From: Setoptus koraiensis
Taxonomy: Eukaryota; Animalia; Arthropoda
Direction: 5' to 3'
DNA: 64,000 bases
Assembly: GCA_048013815.1 (NCBI GenBank)
Contig: CM106586.1
Span: 17,050,001-17,114,000, forward strand
Within the stretch, counting starts at the first letter, position 1; every line of letters begins with the position of its first letter. The notes under the pieces are model-generated. The model worked only from the letters and a program-made list of their open reading frames with translations. It did no database searches and was not told where the DNA came from. This document shows positions 21,465-31,814 of this stretch, one piece after another. A program made the position numbers and the translations under genes.

Positions 21465-22196
21465 CCGTGGCTCATTTTAGACTACATACACATAAACACA
21501 CAGGTAATTATTAAGAAACAAATTCGTAGCCTTGCATCGGATCAATTAGACGGCCAGAACGTGCCCGGGTGGGCGCCCCACAACCGGCCTGGCCGCTGTG
21601 TCGCTGCTGATGTTACGCAACCCACTTGCCACCTGAGCGCTCTCTTTTTATCGGATATTAGGCAGAGGTATTAAATGGCGAATGGGCCCATAAACTAGTA
21701 CAAATGCTCTCTCGTGCGTAACTCTCTCTCTCTCTCTCTCTCTCCCTCTGTCTCTCTGCTGGCTGTGCGGCAATTTTTGTCGCAACGCAACATATCCGTT
21801 AACTTGGCCACCATCAACTGGGCCAATTGTCTCCTGGAGCCAGTGGGGCCCGCACTGGGCCACTGGCGAGGCGCAACAGCAAGCACTGCGGTAACGCTCG
21901 ATGACCGTAGCTTGCCGAGCCTGACCATCGCGGTGGCCTCAGTGTTTTGCATATTGCAAATCTTGCTCTGCCAGCGTCTGTGTCTCGCTGTGCGTTATTT
22001 AATTTGTCGACTGTTAAAAAGGGTTCCTGTTTTGTAGTGAGAGTTACCTCTTCAGTGCCCACACGAACTATTTATTTTGTTTTATTTGTGTGCAAGCGTG
22101 AAAATATCGCCCCCGAGTCAAATCAAGCAAAGCGAATAAATATAACTTAATAAGACCGTAGATAAGCGCCGGTCGAGCTCATAAGTGCCCAAAACA

Positions 22197-25100
22197 ATGA
22201 CGCTGAAACAATCAAACAACAGAGGTGCCGCTCGCACAACAATGTCCATGCAAATCTACGGGGGCGCCTATTTGCACAATAAGCCACTCGAGGCGCAAAA
22301 TATGGCCAATGTCAACAATGGTGTCGGTTTGCCAAATCTAAAGAGTTCGTTGTCGTCCACTCCGCTGGTGGACGACGTGTCCGCTTTGGCCTCAATGAAC
22401 ACCAATCCGAAGGAGCGATTGGGCCCCGTCAACGGCTCCAAGCCGGTCGCCGCCCGAGATGACGACACCAACAAGCCGGCGAGGACGGCCAAACACACCA
22501 AATTCAAGCTGGAGGCCAGCACAATTGAGTTTGGCAACGGCGATGTCAATCGATCTTCGCGCTCAGTTGCAAGCAAGCAACGAACAATATTAAAAAATAG
22601 CAACACGAGGCCGGCCAAACCGGAAGCGGTCATTTTGGACATTGAGCCCATAAGTGAGCCAGCGGCAGGTGCCGCCACCAGTGAGGGCCAACAACTCGAT
22701 AGTAGCAACGGCAGAAGTGTCGCCAACAAGACAACAACAGCGACAATTAGCGACAACGGTAGTGATAACAATGATAACAGCAGTGAGCCAATGATTAAGC
22801 CGGCGCGAGCGCCCCCATTGCCCGATTACGCAAGCAGCAACAGTGGCGGCGCCAGTGGCGCCAACAACAATTATCAGCAATCGTCTGGGGATCATCAGAG
22901 CAACGGAAATGGCAGCAGAGCCGCCAGTCCCATAGCGCACACAGATTATCTCATTAGCGATCCGAACATTTTGAATCAGGTGACAACAAACGGAAATTTG
23001 CGCTTGATAGCCAATCAAGACGGAGTGCTGATGGTGCCCGCCAAGTTAAAAAATGGCTCTACAGGCAGCTCGGGCAACAGCCTGGCGTCGCCGGCCACTT
23101 CCGGTTCGGCAAGCATCGATATGGGCACGGGCCAGGAGCTTGCGTTGGCCGAGTTGGCCGCAAGCTCCAACGAAAACTTCGACTACATGATACCCATCGA
23201 GAGGCGCCTGAGCGGAATGGTCAGTCCCGTGGATGCAAGCTCAATGTTTAAATTGGCGCCACCGGGCGCCATTGTCACCAAGGCGACCGCCAAAGAGAAA
23301 ACGGAACTGGCCAAGCAATTGCTAAACGCGTGCCGGCATTCCGACTGGACAATTGTGGAGCAAATATTGAACTTTGCCCGCCTGTACGGCATAGACACCG
23401 AGCTGACCAGCGAGGGAACCCGCTGGACGGCCATAATGTATGCGGCGCGCGACAATCGGGCCATGATAGTGGAGAAAATGATCAATTTGGGCCTCGACAT
23501 CAACAATCAGGCACTGGACGGCATAAGTGCGTTGCATTTGGCGTGCGCGTTTGCCCGCGAAGAGACCATCCGCGTGCTGCTGTCGGGCAACGCGGACACC
23601 CTGATCAGGGGCGGGCCGCGCGACCAGTTGCCCATACACATACTGGCCTCGAAGGCCAGCAGCAATGTGGTGGCCGCGCTGCAGTTGCTGCTCAAGGCCG
23701 GCCCGGCCAGCAGCCGGCTGGAGACGGACGCCGACGGAAACATACCGCTGATGCTGGCCGTGGGCACGGGCAATCTGGAGGTGATTTGCGAGCTGCTGCA
23801 ACAGTCCGCCAAGGAGCAGCTGCTGTGGAAGAGGCCCCCCGACGACAACAGCGCCCTCCATTTGGCGTGCATGAACAAAAACATTGACATCATCAAGATA
23901 TTCATAGAGCACAATGTCAATTTGAACATGCAAAACAAGCTCAACAAGACCGCGCTTCATCTGGCCACCGAGGACGAGAACGAGCCCATTGTGCGGCTGT
24001 TGTGCGCCGCGGGCGCGGATCCCGACGTCATGGACAAGGAGCACCAGACCCCGATACACATAGCGACGGCGCGCAGCTACCACAAACTGGTGGACATTTT
24101 GTCCGAAAAGTTCAAGGCGTCCATTATGAGCCGCACAAAGGACGGCTCGACGCTGATGCATTTGGCCAGCAACGCGTACAACAGCCAGGCCGCTATGGCT
24201 TTTATCCGCAAGGGCATACCCATTCACATGCCCAACAAGGCGGGCGCCAAGTGCATACACATGGCCTCCATACGGGGGCACGTTGAGGTGGTGAAGGCCA
24301 TAGTGGCCAAGGGCGAGAGCGTGGACTGTCGCACCAAGGACGGCCTGACGCCGCTCCATCTGGCGGTCAAGTTCGGCCAGCACGACGTGGTGGAGACGCT
24401 GCTCGGGTTGGGGGCCAATCTGCAGCTGAAGACGGGCAAGCTGGGCGAGACGCCGCTGCACATAGCGACCATGGTGAAGGACGGACAAAAGTGTGTGGAT
24501 TTGCTGATAAAGTCGGGCGCGGACGTGGACGCGGTAGAGCTGAAACAGGAAACGCCGTTGCATTTTGCGGCCCGCTTCAACAACATCGAAGCGGTGAAGC
24601 TGCTGCTGGAGGACGGCGCCAAAGTGGACTGCCAGAACGTGGACGGCGAAAACGTGTTGCACGTGTGCGTTCGCGAGTCCAACAGGCTCATTATGGACGT
24701 TATATTGGCGCACGTGATAGAGAACAGGACACCGGAAGAGGCCAAATTGTTGATAAATCAGCAGAATAAGGATGGCGAAAGTTCGTGCCACTATGCGGCC
24801 AAGCTGACCATAAGTGACAGCAACTTTGCAGAGGATCGTGAAATCATTAAATTGCTGCTGCGCCACCAAGCGGACGTGTCGCTGGAAACGTTTAAGCAGC
24901 GCGAGACGCCCGTACATTGCTGCTGTCAATCGGGCAACACCAACGTACTGCAAGAGATACAGGCCCACTTGGAGCCCGCCGACTGTCGGGTAGCGTTCAA
25001 CAAACCCGCCAAGAACGGCTGGACGCCGCTGTTTTACGCCGCCTACCAGGGTCACCCGGACATCATCAGGGTACTGCTGAACCAGAACGCGCGCAACGAC

Positions 25101-28100
25101 GCCTTCGACGAGAACGGCGAATCGCCGCTGCACGTGGCAGTGGAACGCGGCAAGGAGGACGTGGTGGACATTTTGTTGCAGCACAACGCCAATGTGAACG
25201 TGCGCAACAAGCTTGGCATGACGCCCCTCCATCTGGCGGCCAAGCTCGGCTTTAACAGCATAGTGCGCCAATTGGTGTCGGAGCACGGGGCCATTTTGGA
25301 CGCCATGACCGTAAGCAAGCAAACGCCGCTCCATCTGGCGTCCGAGTACGGCCAATTCGAGGTATGCAAGACCCTAATGAAGTTGCGCGCCGACCTCAAC
25401 GCGGCCGACAACCAAAGCCAGACGCCCGTCCATTTGGCCGCCCAGCAAAATCACGCCGAGGTACTAAAGCTGTTCCTGAACGACCGCTCCGAGCTGCTCA
25501 CCATACCCAACAAAATGGGGTACAATTGTGCCCACATTGCGGCCATGAACGGCAGTTTGTCGGTCATCAAGGAGCTGCTGCGCTTCAACCGGGACGCGGT
25601 CATCGGGGTGCGCATCAAGAAGACGGGCTCCACTACGCTGCATCTGGCCAGCGAGGGCGGTCACGCCTCCATTGTGAAGCTGCTGCTGTCCGCGGGCGCC
25701 AAGGCCAGCGACGAGAACGCGCTGGGCGAGACCGCGCTTCATTTGGCCGCAAAGCACGGCCACGTAAAGGTGCTGCACACCATCAAGACCGCCGTTGATT
25801 GGAAGATTTGTTCGCGGCGCAACGGGTTGACCGCGTTGCACGTGGCGGCCAGTTGCGGTCAGATGGAGTTTGTGGGCGAAATGTTGCGGTACCGCGTGCC
25901 GGGCGGCATCAAGAGCGAGCGGTCGGGCGTGGACCCAAAGTCGGACTATGGCGTCACTCCGCTGCATTTGGCGTCGCGAAACGGCCACGAGAGCGTGGTG
26001 CGCATGCTGCTCAACAGCGCGGGCGTCACGGTGGACGCCGCCACCGAAATAAATCGCTCCATACCGATGCATTTGGCCGCGCAGGGCGGCCACGTCAAGG
26101 TGGCCAGCCTGCTCATCAGCCGCTCGCTGGACAGTCTCATCAAGACGGACGGGCACGGGCGGACCGCGTTGCACTTTGCGGCCAGTCACGGGCACAACGA
26201 AATGGTTGAGCTGCTGCTGGGTCAGGGCGGCCCGGATCGCATGAACGCCCAGGATGATCGCGGCTGGACGCCGCTGCACTATGCGGCCCGGCACGGGTAT
26301 TTGGACGTGGTGAAGCTGCTCATTGAGCACGGCGCCGATCCGACCATGTGCAGCAAGGAGGGCAAGGTGCCGCTGTGCAACGCTGCCAACGCCGGCCACA
26401 AACAAGTGCTCAGCTACCTGTTGAAGAAGGATCACGACTCGCTAGAGCTGATGGAAAACAAACTGTTCCTCATAGACCTGATGCTGTGCTCTAAGCTCAA
26501 GAGCAACTCCAGCAATTCGGGCCAGCAGCAGCAGCAATCGACTTCCGGTCACCATCACCAGCAAGCCGGGGCGGCAACCGGAAGTGCACAGCAACAGTCA
26601 CAGTGGCAGCAGGCCAGCGATCAGATGGGCGGCAACAGGAACACGGTCAGCGGCGACTATCTGCCCATTCAGGAGTTTATATTGGTGAGCGAGGCTCCCA
26701 TTGACACAGCGGTGAAATTGGCAAAATATTACGAGAATCTGGTGGAAAAAGAAAAAGATCGCTCAAAGGATCTCGAGTGGGCCAAGGACTTTTGCGACCA
26801 AGTGGCCACCGATTTGCTATCTATAACGGCCAGCGGACTGCCCAACAACGCCAGTGCCCTGCTGCGGGCCCGCGACTACAAGAACACGGAATTTCTGGAC
26901 GTGTTGCTCGAATTGGAACGCAAGGACGTCGTGTCGCAACACGCCGTCCAAAAGTATCTGTCCAGCGTGTGGGCCGGCAATCTCAATTGGTCCGGCTGGA
27001 AATTCATAATGCTGTTCTTCGTCTTTCTCCTATGTCCGCCCGTTTGGGTAGTGGTGTCCTGCCCCATTGGGCACCGGCTCGCCAAGATACCCGTCATCAA
27101 GTTTATGTCGTATTTGGCCTCGCACATATTCTTCATAGTGCTCCTATGCATGACCACCGTCTTTGTGCCCACCTGGATACCCCTGTGGCTGTGCACCGAC
27201 ATGGTACCCCTGGCCCACGAGTGGCTGCTGGCCATCTGGTTCCTGGGCAACCTCATCTCTAACATGTCCAATCCGGCCGATCGGGCCGGTTTTGGCAGCA
27301 TCAAACTGATGGTCATGGTCATCGGTTTTGGCTCCTTCATTACGCACTGCAGCGGATTTTTGTTTCCCGAGGAGGACAGTCGCGTCGAATTGCTGTATTT
27401 GCGCAATCAAATGCTGGCCGTCGTTGTCCTACTGTCATTCATTGAATTCTTGAATTTTCTATCATTTCATCACCTGTTTGGACCGTGGGCCGTCATCATC
27501 AGGGATCTAGTGAAGGATATGATGCGATTTTTAGTGATATTGGGCATTTTTCTCATAGGTTTCTCGCTTTCCATCAGCGCCATATATGTGCCCGTGTTCA
27601 AGCCGCCCGAGGACGAAAACGCCACCCTCATATCGACCGGAATAGAGTTTCAATCGCCCGTATTCACATTCGAAATGCTCTTCTTTTCCCTGTTCGGTCT
27701 GGTGGAGCCCGACTTTATGCCACCCATGCACCTGAGTCCCTCCTATTCGAAGGTGTTCATGAAGCTCGTGTTTGGCATATACATGATGATCACTGTCGTA
27801 GTGCTCATAAATCTGCTCATTGCCATGATGTCTAACACGTATCAGCGCATTGAGGCCCGTTCTGACACAGAATGGAAATTTGGCAGGGCAAAATTAATTC
27901 GAAACATGATAAGGACCTCGCCAACGCCGTCGCCGCTCATTCTGTTTGTTGGCATATGGATTATATTGTTCAAGAAATTGCGCGAGCGTCAATTTGAGAA
28001 GCGCAAAAGAGAAAAAATGGCCGTTTCCGCCTTCAACCGGAAGGCAAGTGTGTCGACGGCCGCCTCAAAAGCGGCCAATGTATGGCTGAATAAATCGGCC

Positions 28101-28331
28101 CGATTTTCACGGGGCACTATTTCGCCCTCGTTCGGTGGCCACTCGCAACCGTCCGTGATCAATGTTGAAGTGGGCGAAGATGTTAAAAAATTAAGCGAAG
28201 TTGTCAATTGGGCCAACATAGTGAGAAAATACGGCGAGTTTGTGGGCGTCAATCAAAAAGACGACCAAGACTACGAGGAGGACGAAGAAAACAATCGCCA
28301 AGACAAGGACGAAACCACCGTGGCCGCCTGA
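22197..28331 (+). CDS. nompC: TRPN mechanotransduction channel NompC, single exon (about 2044 aa from ATG 22197)
   Basis: Very long ankyrin-repeat array followed by six TM segments; S6 VLINLLIAMMSNTYQRI and TRP box EWKFGR match TRPN. The track start at 22185 is GTG. Confidence 0.96.
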   Translation: MTLKQSNNRGAARTTMSMQIYGGAYLHNKPLEAQNMANVNNGVGLPNLKSSLSSTPLVDDVSALASMNTNPKERLGPVNGSKPVAARDDDTNKPARTAKHTKFKLEASTIEFGNGDVNRSSRSVASKQRTILKNSNTRPAKPEAVILDIEPISEPAAGAATSEGQQLDSSNGRSVANKTTTATISDNGSDNNDNSSEPMIKPARAPPLPDYASSNSGGASGANNNYQQSSGDHQSNGNGSRAASPIAHTDYLISDPNILNQVTTNGNLRLIANQDGVLMVPAKLKNGSTGSSGNSLASPATSGSASIDMGTGQELALAELAASSNENFDYMIPIERRLSGMVSPVDASSMFKLAPPGAIVTKATAKEKTELAKQLLNACRHSDWTIVEQILNFARLYGIDTELTSEGTRWTAIMYAARDNRAMIVEKMINLGLDINNQALDGISALHLACAFAREETIRVLLSGNADTLIRGGPRDQLPIHILASKASSNVVAALQLLLKAGPASSRLETDADGNIPLMLAVGTGNLEVICELLQQSAKEQLLWKRPPDDNSALHLACMNKNIDIIKIFIEHNVNLNMQNKLNKTALHLATEDENEPIVRLLCAAGADPDVMDKEHQTPIHIATARSYHKLVDILSEKFKASIMSRTKDGSTLMHLASNAYNSQAAMAFIRKGIPIHMPNKAGAKCIHMASIRGHVEVVKAIVAKGESVDCRTKDGLTPLHLAVKFGQHDVVETLLGLGANLQLKTGKLGETPLHIATMVKDGQKCVDLLIKSGADVDAVELKQETPLHFAARFNNIEAVKLLLEDGAKVDCQNVDGENVLHVCVRESNRLIMDVILAHVIENRTPEEAKLLINQQNKDGESSCHYAAKLTISDSNFAEDREIIKLLLRHQADVSLETFKQRETPVHCCCQSGNTNVLQEIQAHLEPADCRVAFNKPAKNGWTPLFYAAYQGHPDIIRVLLNQNARNDAFDENGESPLHVAVERGKEDVVDILLQHNANVNVRNKLGMTPLHLAAKLGFNSIVRQLVSEHGAILDAMTVSKQTPLHLASEYGQFEVCKTLMKLRADLNAADNQSQTPVHLAAQQNHAEVLKLFLNDRSELLTIPNKMGYNCAHIAAMNGSLSVIKELLRFNRDAVIGVRIKKTGSTTLHLASEGGHASIVKLLLSAGAKASDENALGETALHLAAKHGHVKVLHTIKTAVDWKICSRRNGLTALHVAASCGQMEFVGEMLRYRVPGGIKSERSGVDPKSDYGVTPLHLASRNGHESVVRMLLNSAGVTVDAATEINRSIPMHLAAQGGHVKVASLLISRSLDSLIKTDGHGRTALHFAASHGHNEMVELLLGQGGPDRMNAQDDRGWTPLHYAARHGYLDVVKLLIEHGADPTMCSKEGKVPLCNAANAGHKQVLSYLLKKDHDSLELMENKLFLIDLMLCSKLKSNSSNSGQQQQQSTSGHHHQQAGAATGSAQQQSQWQQASDQMGGNRNTVSGDYLPIQEFILVSEAPIDTAVKLAKYYENLVEKEKDRSKDLEWAKDFCDQVATDLLSITASGLPNNASALLRARDYKNTEFLDVLLELERKDVVSQHAVQKYLSSVWAGNLNWSGWKFIMLFFVFLLCPPVWVVVSCPIGHRLAKIPVIKFMSYLASHIFFIVLLCMTTVFVPTWIPLWLCTDMVPLAHEWLLAIWFLGNLISNMSNPADRAGFGSIKLMVMVIGFGSFITHCSGFLFPEEDSRVELLYLRNQMLAVVVLLSFIEFLNFLSFHHLFGPWAVIIRDLVKDMMRFLVILGIFLIGFSLSISAIYVPVFKPPEDENATLISTGIEFQSPVFTFEMLFFSLFGLVEPDFMPPMHLSPSYSKVFMKLVFGIYMMITVVVLINLLIAMMSNTYQRIEARSDTEWKFGRAKLIRNMIRTSPTPSPLILFVGIWIILFKKLRERQFEKRKREKMAVSAFNRKASVSTAASKAANVWLNKSARFSRGTISPSFGGHSQPSVINVEVGEDVKKLSEVVNWANIVRKYGEFVGVNQKDDQDYEEDEENNRQDKDETTVAA

Positions 28332-28783
28332 CACAAGCCCTGACACACACAATATTACAATTGATTGTAAAATAAATTTGAAATTATTGAAAATTTCTTC
28401 TTAGTGAATTCGCCGATGCTCAATCAATTCTGTCAATTTCTGCCCCAAGTTGGGCCAGTGTTCGCGTCGTTGGGCCTCCCGATGGCATCGGTACCTACAC
28501 AACTCTATGCTACTACTGTTGCCAAGAAAGGTTTCGATCTGATTGTGCATGTGTTTTATTGATTAGTTTAACAAAAGCACGATTCTAGGCACAAACACTT
28601 TATCACAAACAATCATAGAGGCTATATCATGGCCATATCGAGGCCAGGCCCCAAATTATACCTCTCTGGGTGCTTCGAATTGTTGCTCATTATTGATGCC
28701 GATTATCTCATCGATTGTCGATTGTCCCGTAATTACTTGCAATGTATTCCCAATTAGGTCCATGCTGAATTGTACCCGTGAAC

Positions 28784-29248
28784 TCAAAAGTCAGTCTCAG
28801 TGACGTCTTTCTGGCCTGTAAACACAGGCGGGAGGTGATCGCGCCAGTCTTCGCCGGACAAGGGTCGTTTGGAAGCCCATCGCCCCTTCATAGCCTCCTT
28901 GAACTTTTTGAATTTTCGAGGTTTAGTTCTACTCGATTCGTCGCTTTCTGGCGAGGAATAGGCTTCTGGGTCATCAGCCGACTCGTCCACATCAGAATAC
29001 TGGGATCGTTGATCGGGGTGTTTGCGCCTTTTAGGCCACGGAATCTTATAGCGTTCTTTAAGATCCCAAAAAATAGGTGGACCACGCGGTGGAATAATTC
29101 CAGTTGTTTTGTCACCTGGCCGACTCATAGTACCAGACGGCATATCGTATGTAGTTATTTCGTGTCCTGCAAAACTGAATTTCGCTGACACCAAGAACAC
29201 GGTCAGCGAAACTAGAAGCAGAGCACATGAATAGTTGAATTGTTTCAT
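28784..29248 (-). CDS. Orphan secreted protein family, copy 1 (154 aa)
   Basis: ATG start MKQFNYSCALLLVSLTVFLVSAKFSFA (signal peptide); Pro/charged disordered mature part with KRRK and KPRKFKKFK. The track start is an upstream TTG. Confidence 0.8.
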   Translation of the reverse strand: MKQFNYSCALLLVSLTVFLVSAKFSFAGHEITTYDMPSGTMSRPGDKTTGIIPPRGPPIFWDLKERYKIPWPKRRKHPDQRSQYSDVDESADDPEAYSSPESDESSRTKPRKFKKFKEAMKGRWASKRPLSGEDWRDHLPPVFTGQKDVTETDF

Positions 29249-29664
29249 GTTTCTGTCAATTTCAAATTTTCGAATGATAAAAATAATTTTAATGATCGCA
29301 TGCGTTGGATATTGTGGCGAACACAATTTTGATTTTCAGTTCTGATTAATTTGTTGCCACTTGGACAACTATTACTAACGTTATGTTACTCGCAACAATG
29401 TTACGCAATCGTAAACGATAAACTAAAATCACTGCCAGAAATTGAACAGTACTGCAGTATATGTTGAGCTGTCTCCATTACAGTAAATGTTAAACGGTGA
29501 TGTATCTTTTGGTCGGCTATCGTCGTCGTTCGCGTGCCGTGAAACCATTGAATTATTTAGCAATTACTCTTGAAGGGATAATGCCTACAATAATTAGCTG
29601 CTGCCATGTCTTACATGTACCATGTATCTTGCATACAAGCACACAAAAATGGATGGATTGAATG

Positions 29665-29800
29665 GGAAGCCGCGAGCGGATAATCGCTCGGATATCCAGA
29701 GCGATTTGCCTTGTTGATCGAAAAATCCAAGAAGCAGCGGCATAACAGACGCAAATAAACTCAATAGATAGACGAAAGCGGCTGAACGAAACTTGATTAA
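29665..29800. repeat. Duplicated intergenic block (second copy about 31230-31360)
   Basis: gagcggat...gatttgccttgttgatcgaaa.atcc...aaactcaata.atagacgaaag occurs between copies 1/2 and between copies 2/3 of the secreted family. Confidence 0.8.
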
Positions 29801-30130
29801 TTAATGAATCAAAAGGAACTTTCTATTAATTCTGTTTTTTTTTTGTGCGAGCGGCAACCGATTGCGGTTGATTCTGGCCCTACCACCTGATTCAATCGAT
29901 GCATACACAATTATGTGGCATCATCAAGCATTTTTGATATTGTGACAAATCGCTGTTGACGAGCGTTCAGATCTAACTTCATACAATATGTTTATTGCAT
30001 AAATATATGAATAGTGTCTACACTCTGCAAACAGTTGACGAGTTCGTTCTAATCGGACTGATGCGATTTCAAGCAATCGGAAAACTTCGCACGAGCAGTG
30101 CTTCTCTGATTTATATCAAGGCCAAGGAGG

Positions 30131-30562
30131 CTATTCTTCCTGAGAATATGCTTCACTTGCATTTGATTCGTCGTCGTTAGAGGAATACATGTGCTTTGGA
30201 CGCCTAATTTTATCTAGTAACTTCTTCTTCATGTTCCCAGCAGTCGCCCGCGCCCCATCCTTAAACTTTTGTAATTTTCCAGGTTGAGTTCTAATCGAAT
30301 CCCGGGGTCCCAACCAAAAATCGGGGTCGAGTGGAACGTCAGTCGGTTCGTCCGCATCAGAATACTGGCGACCGCGGTTTTTACGCCCTTTAAGTGACCA
30401 CGGCACAAGTTTATTTGGTTCGTCATCATCAGATGACGAACCACGCTCAATTGGTTCGCCGTCATCCCCAATTTCCAAGCTAGCAAAACTGAATCTCGCT
30501 GACACCACGAACACGGTCAGCGAAACTAGAAGCAGAGCACATAAATAGTTGAATTGTTTCAT
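30131..30562 (-). CDS. Orphan secreted protein family, copy 2 (143 aa)
   Basis: MKQFNYLCALLLVSLTVFVVSARFSFA signal peptide; QYSDADE block shared with copy 1; KKKLLDKIRRPK basic cluster. Confidence 0.8.
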   Translation of the reverse strand: MKQFNYLCALLLVSLTVFVVSARFSFASLEIGDDGEPIERGSSSDDDEPNKLVPWSLKGRKNRGRQYSDADEPTDVPLDPDFWLGPRDSIRTQPGKLQKFKDGARATAGNMKKKLLDKIRRPKHMYSSNDDESNASEAYSQEE

Positions 30563-31487
30563 TTTTTTTCCGTCAATTTCAAACTTTCGAATAATAAAAA
30601 TAATTGAAATAATCGCATGCGCTGGATATTGTGGCGAACACAATTTTGATTTTCAGTTCTGATTAATTCGCTTAACTATTACTAACGTTATGTTACGCAC
30701 AACAATGTTACGCAATCGCAATCAAGACGATAAACTAAAATCACTGCTGAAACTAAACAGTACTGCAGTCTATGTTGCAGTATATGTTGAGCCGTCTTCA
30801 GCTCGGTGAATGAAACTCTACACATAGTTATGACTTTCTGCCAGTAATAATCAAAAGTAGAGAAAAAAAAACAGAATAAATCTCGTTGATGACTCGCAAA
30901 TAGATTGGGACGGCGCTGGCTTGTCTTATGGTCGGCAATCATCGATTTTGAGTGTGCCTTGAAAACTTTTGATCATTTGGCAATCGCTCTTGTAGAAATA
31001 TCTAATAAACATGGTAAAATGAGTAGCTGTTGCCGAATGTTGCATGTGTTAACGTTTGGTAAGTTGAGATAACTCACTTTTGTTTTCAATGATTGTAGTG
31101 CAAACAGTCGTATCATTATGGTGATGTTTGAGATTTTGTTGGTGCGGATTTTTTCGTATTCAGGCCAATCATTTTCGCGAAAATCCGCAGTAAATGAAGT
31201 AAACTGTGCGCATTAATATGTGCAAACTTACTGCCCCGAGCGGATGATCTCTGAGATATCGTGGATGATTTGCCTTGTTGATCGAAAGATCCATAAAGCC
31301 TCGGCATAGAGCACGCAAAAAACTCAATAAATAGACGAAAGGAGCTAAGCGACAATTGATTGATTTTTAATTGAAAGAATTCTGAATTGTTGTTGAGAAG
31401 GCTTTAGATCGAACTTCACACAATCTGTCTAGTCAGTATCTTCTGGTTGAAGGTCTAAAGTGCAGTAGTTTCGAAAATGCCCTCCAC

Positions 31488-31814
31488 TCATTCATCTATT
31501 TCTATACGTGGTCTCTTCGGTCTGATCGTCCGTTTGGCCGGAGGCCATCGCCCCTTCATAGTCTCCTTGAACTTTTTGAATTTTCGAGGTTTAGTTCCAC
31601 TCGACTCGTCGCTTTCCGGCGAGGAATAGGGTTTTCGGGGGCCGAAACCACAATCCGTCGCTCCAGGGGGGAGCGGCTCTCCAGGAAATCCCCTTGGTGG
31701 GTCATACCTTTTAGGCTCAATCGGTTTTATAAATGTAGCAAAACTGAATTTCGCTGACACCACGAACACGGTCAGCAGAAATAAATAAGCACATAAATAG
31801 TTGAATTGTTTCAT
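31488..31814 (-). CDS. Orphan secreted protein family, copy 3 (108 aa)
   Basis: MKQFNYLCAYLFLLTVFVVSAKFSFA signal peptide; YSSPESDESSGTKPRKFKKFKETMKGRW shared with copy 1; C-terminal KRTIRPKRPR. Confidence 0.8.
   Translation of the reverse strand: MKQFNYLCAYLFLLTVFVVSAKFSFATFIKPIEPKRYDPPRGFPGEPLPPGATDCGFGPRKPYSSPESDESSGTKPRKFKKFKETMKGRWPPAKRTIRPKRPRIEIDE

Noticed and set aside
23322-25355. 677-aa antisense ORF and other nested ORFs within nompC
   Set aside because: Shadow ORFs expected from GC-rich codon usage on the opposite strand; no recognisable domain.
29249-29326. N-terminal extensions MCSPQYP... on secreted copies 1 and 2
   Set aside because: They begin at TTG rather than ATG, the equivalent frame is not extended in copy 3, and the signal peptide starts at MKQF.
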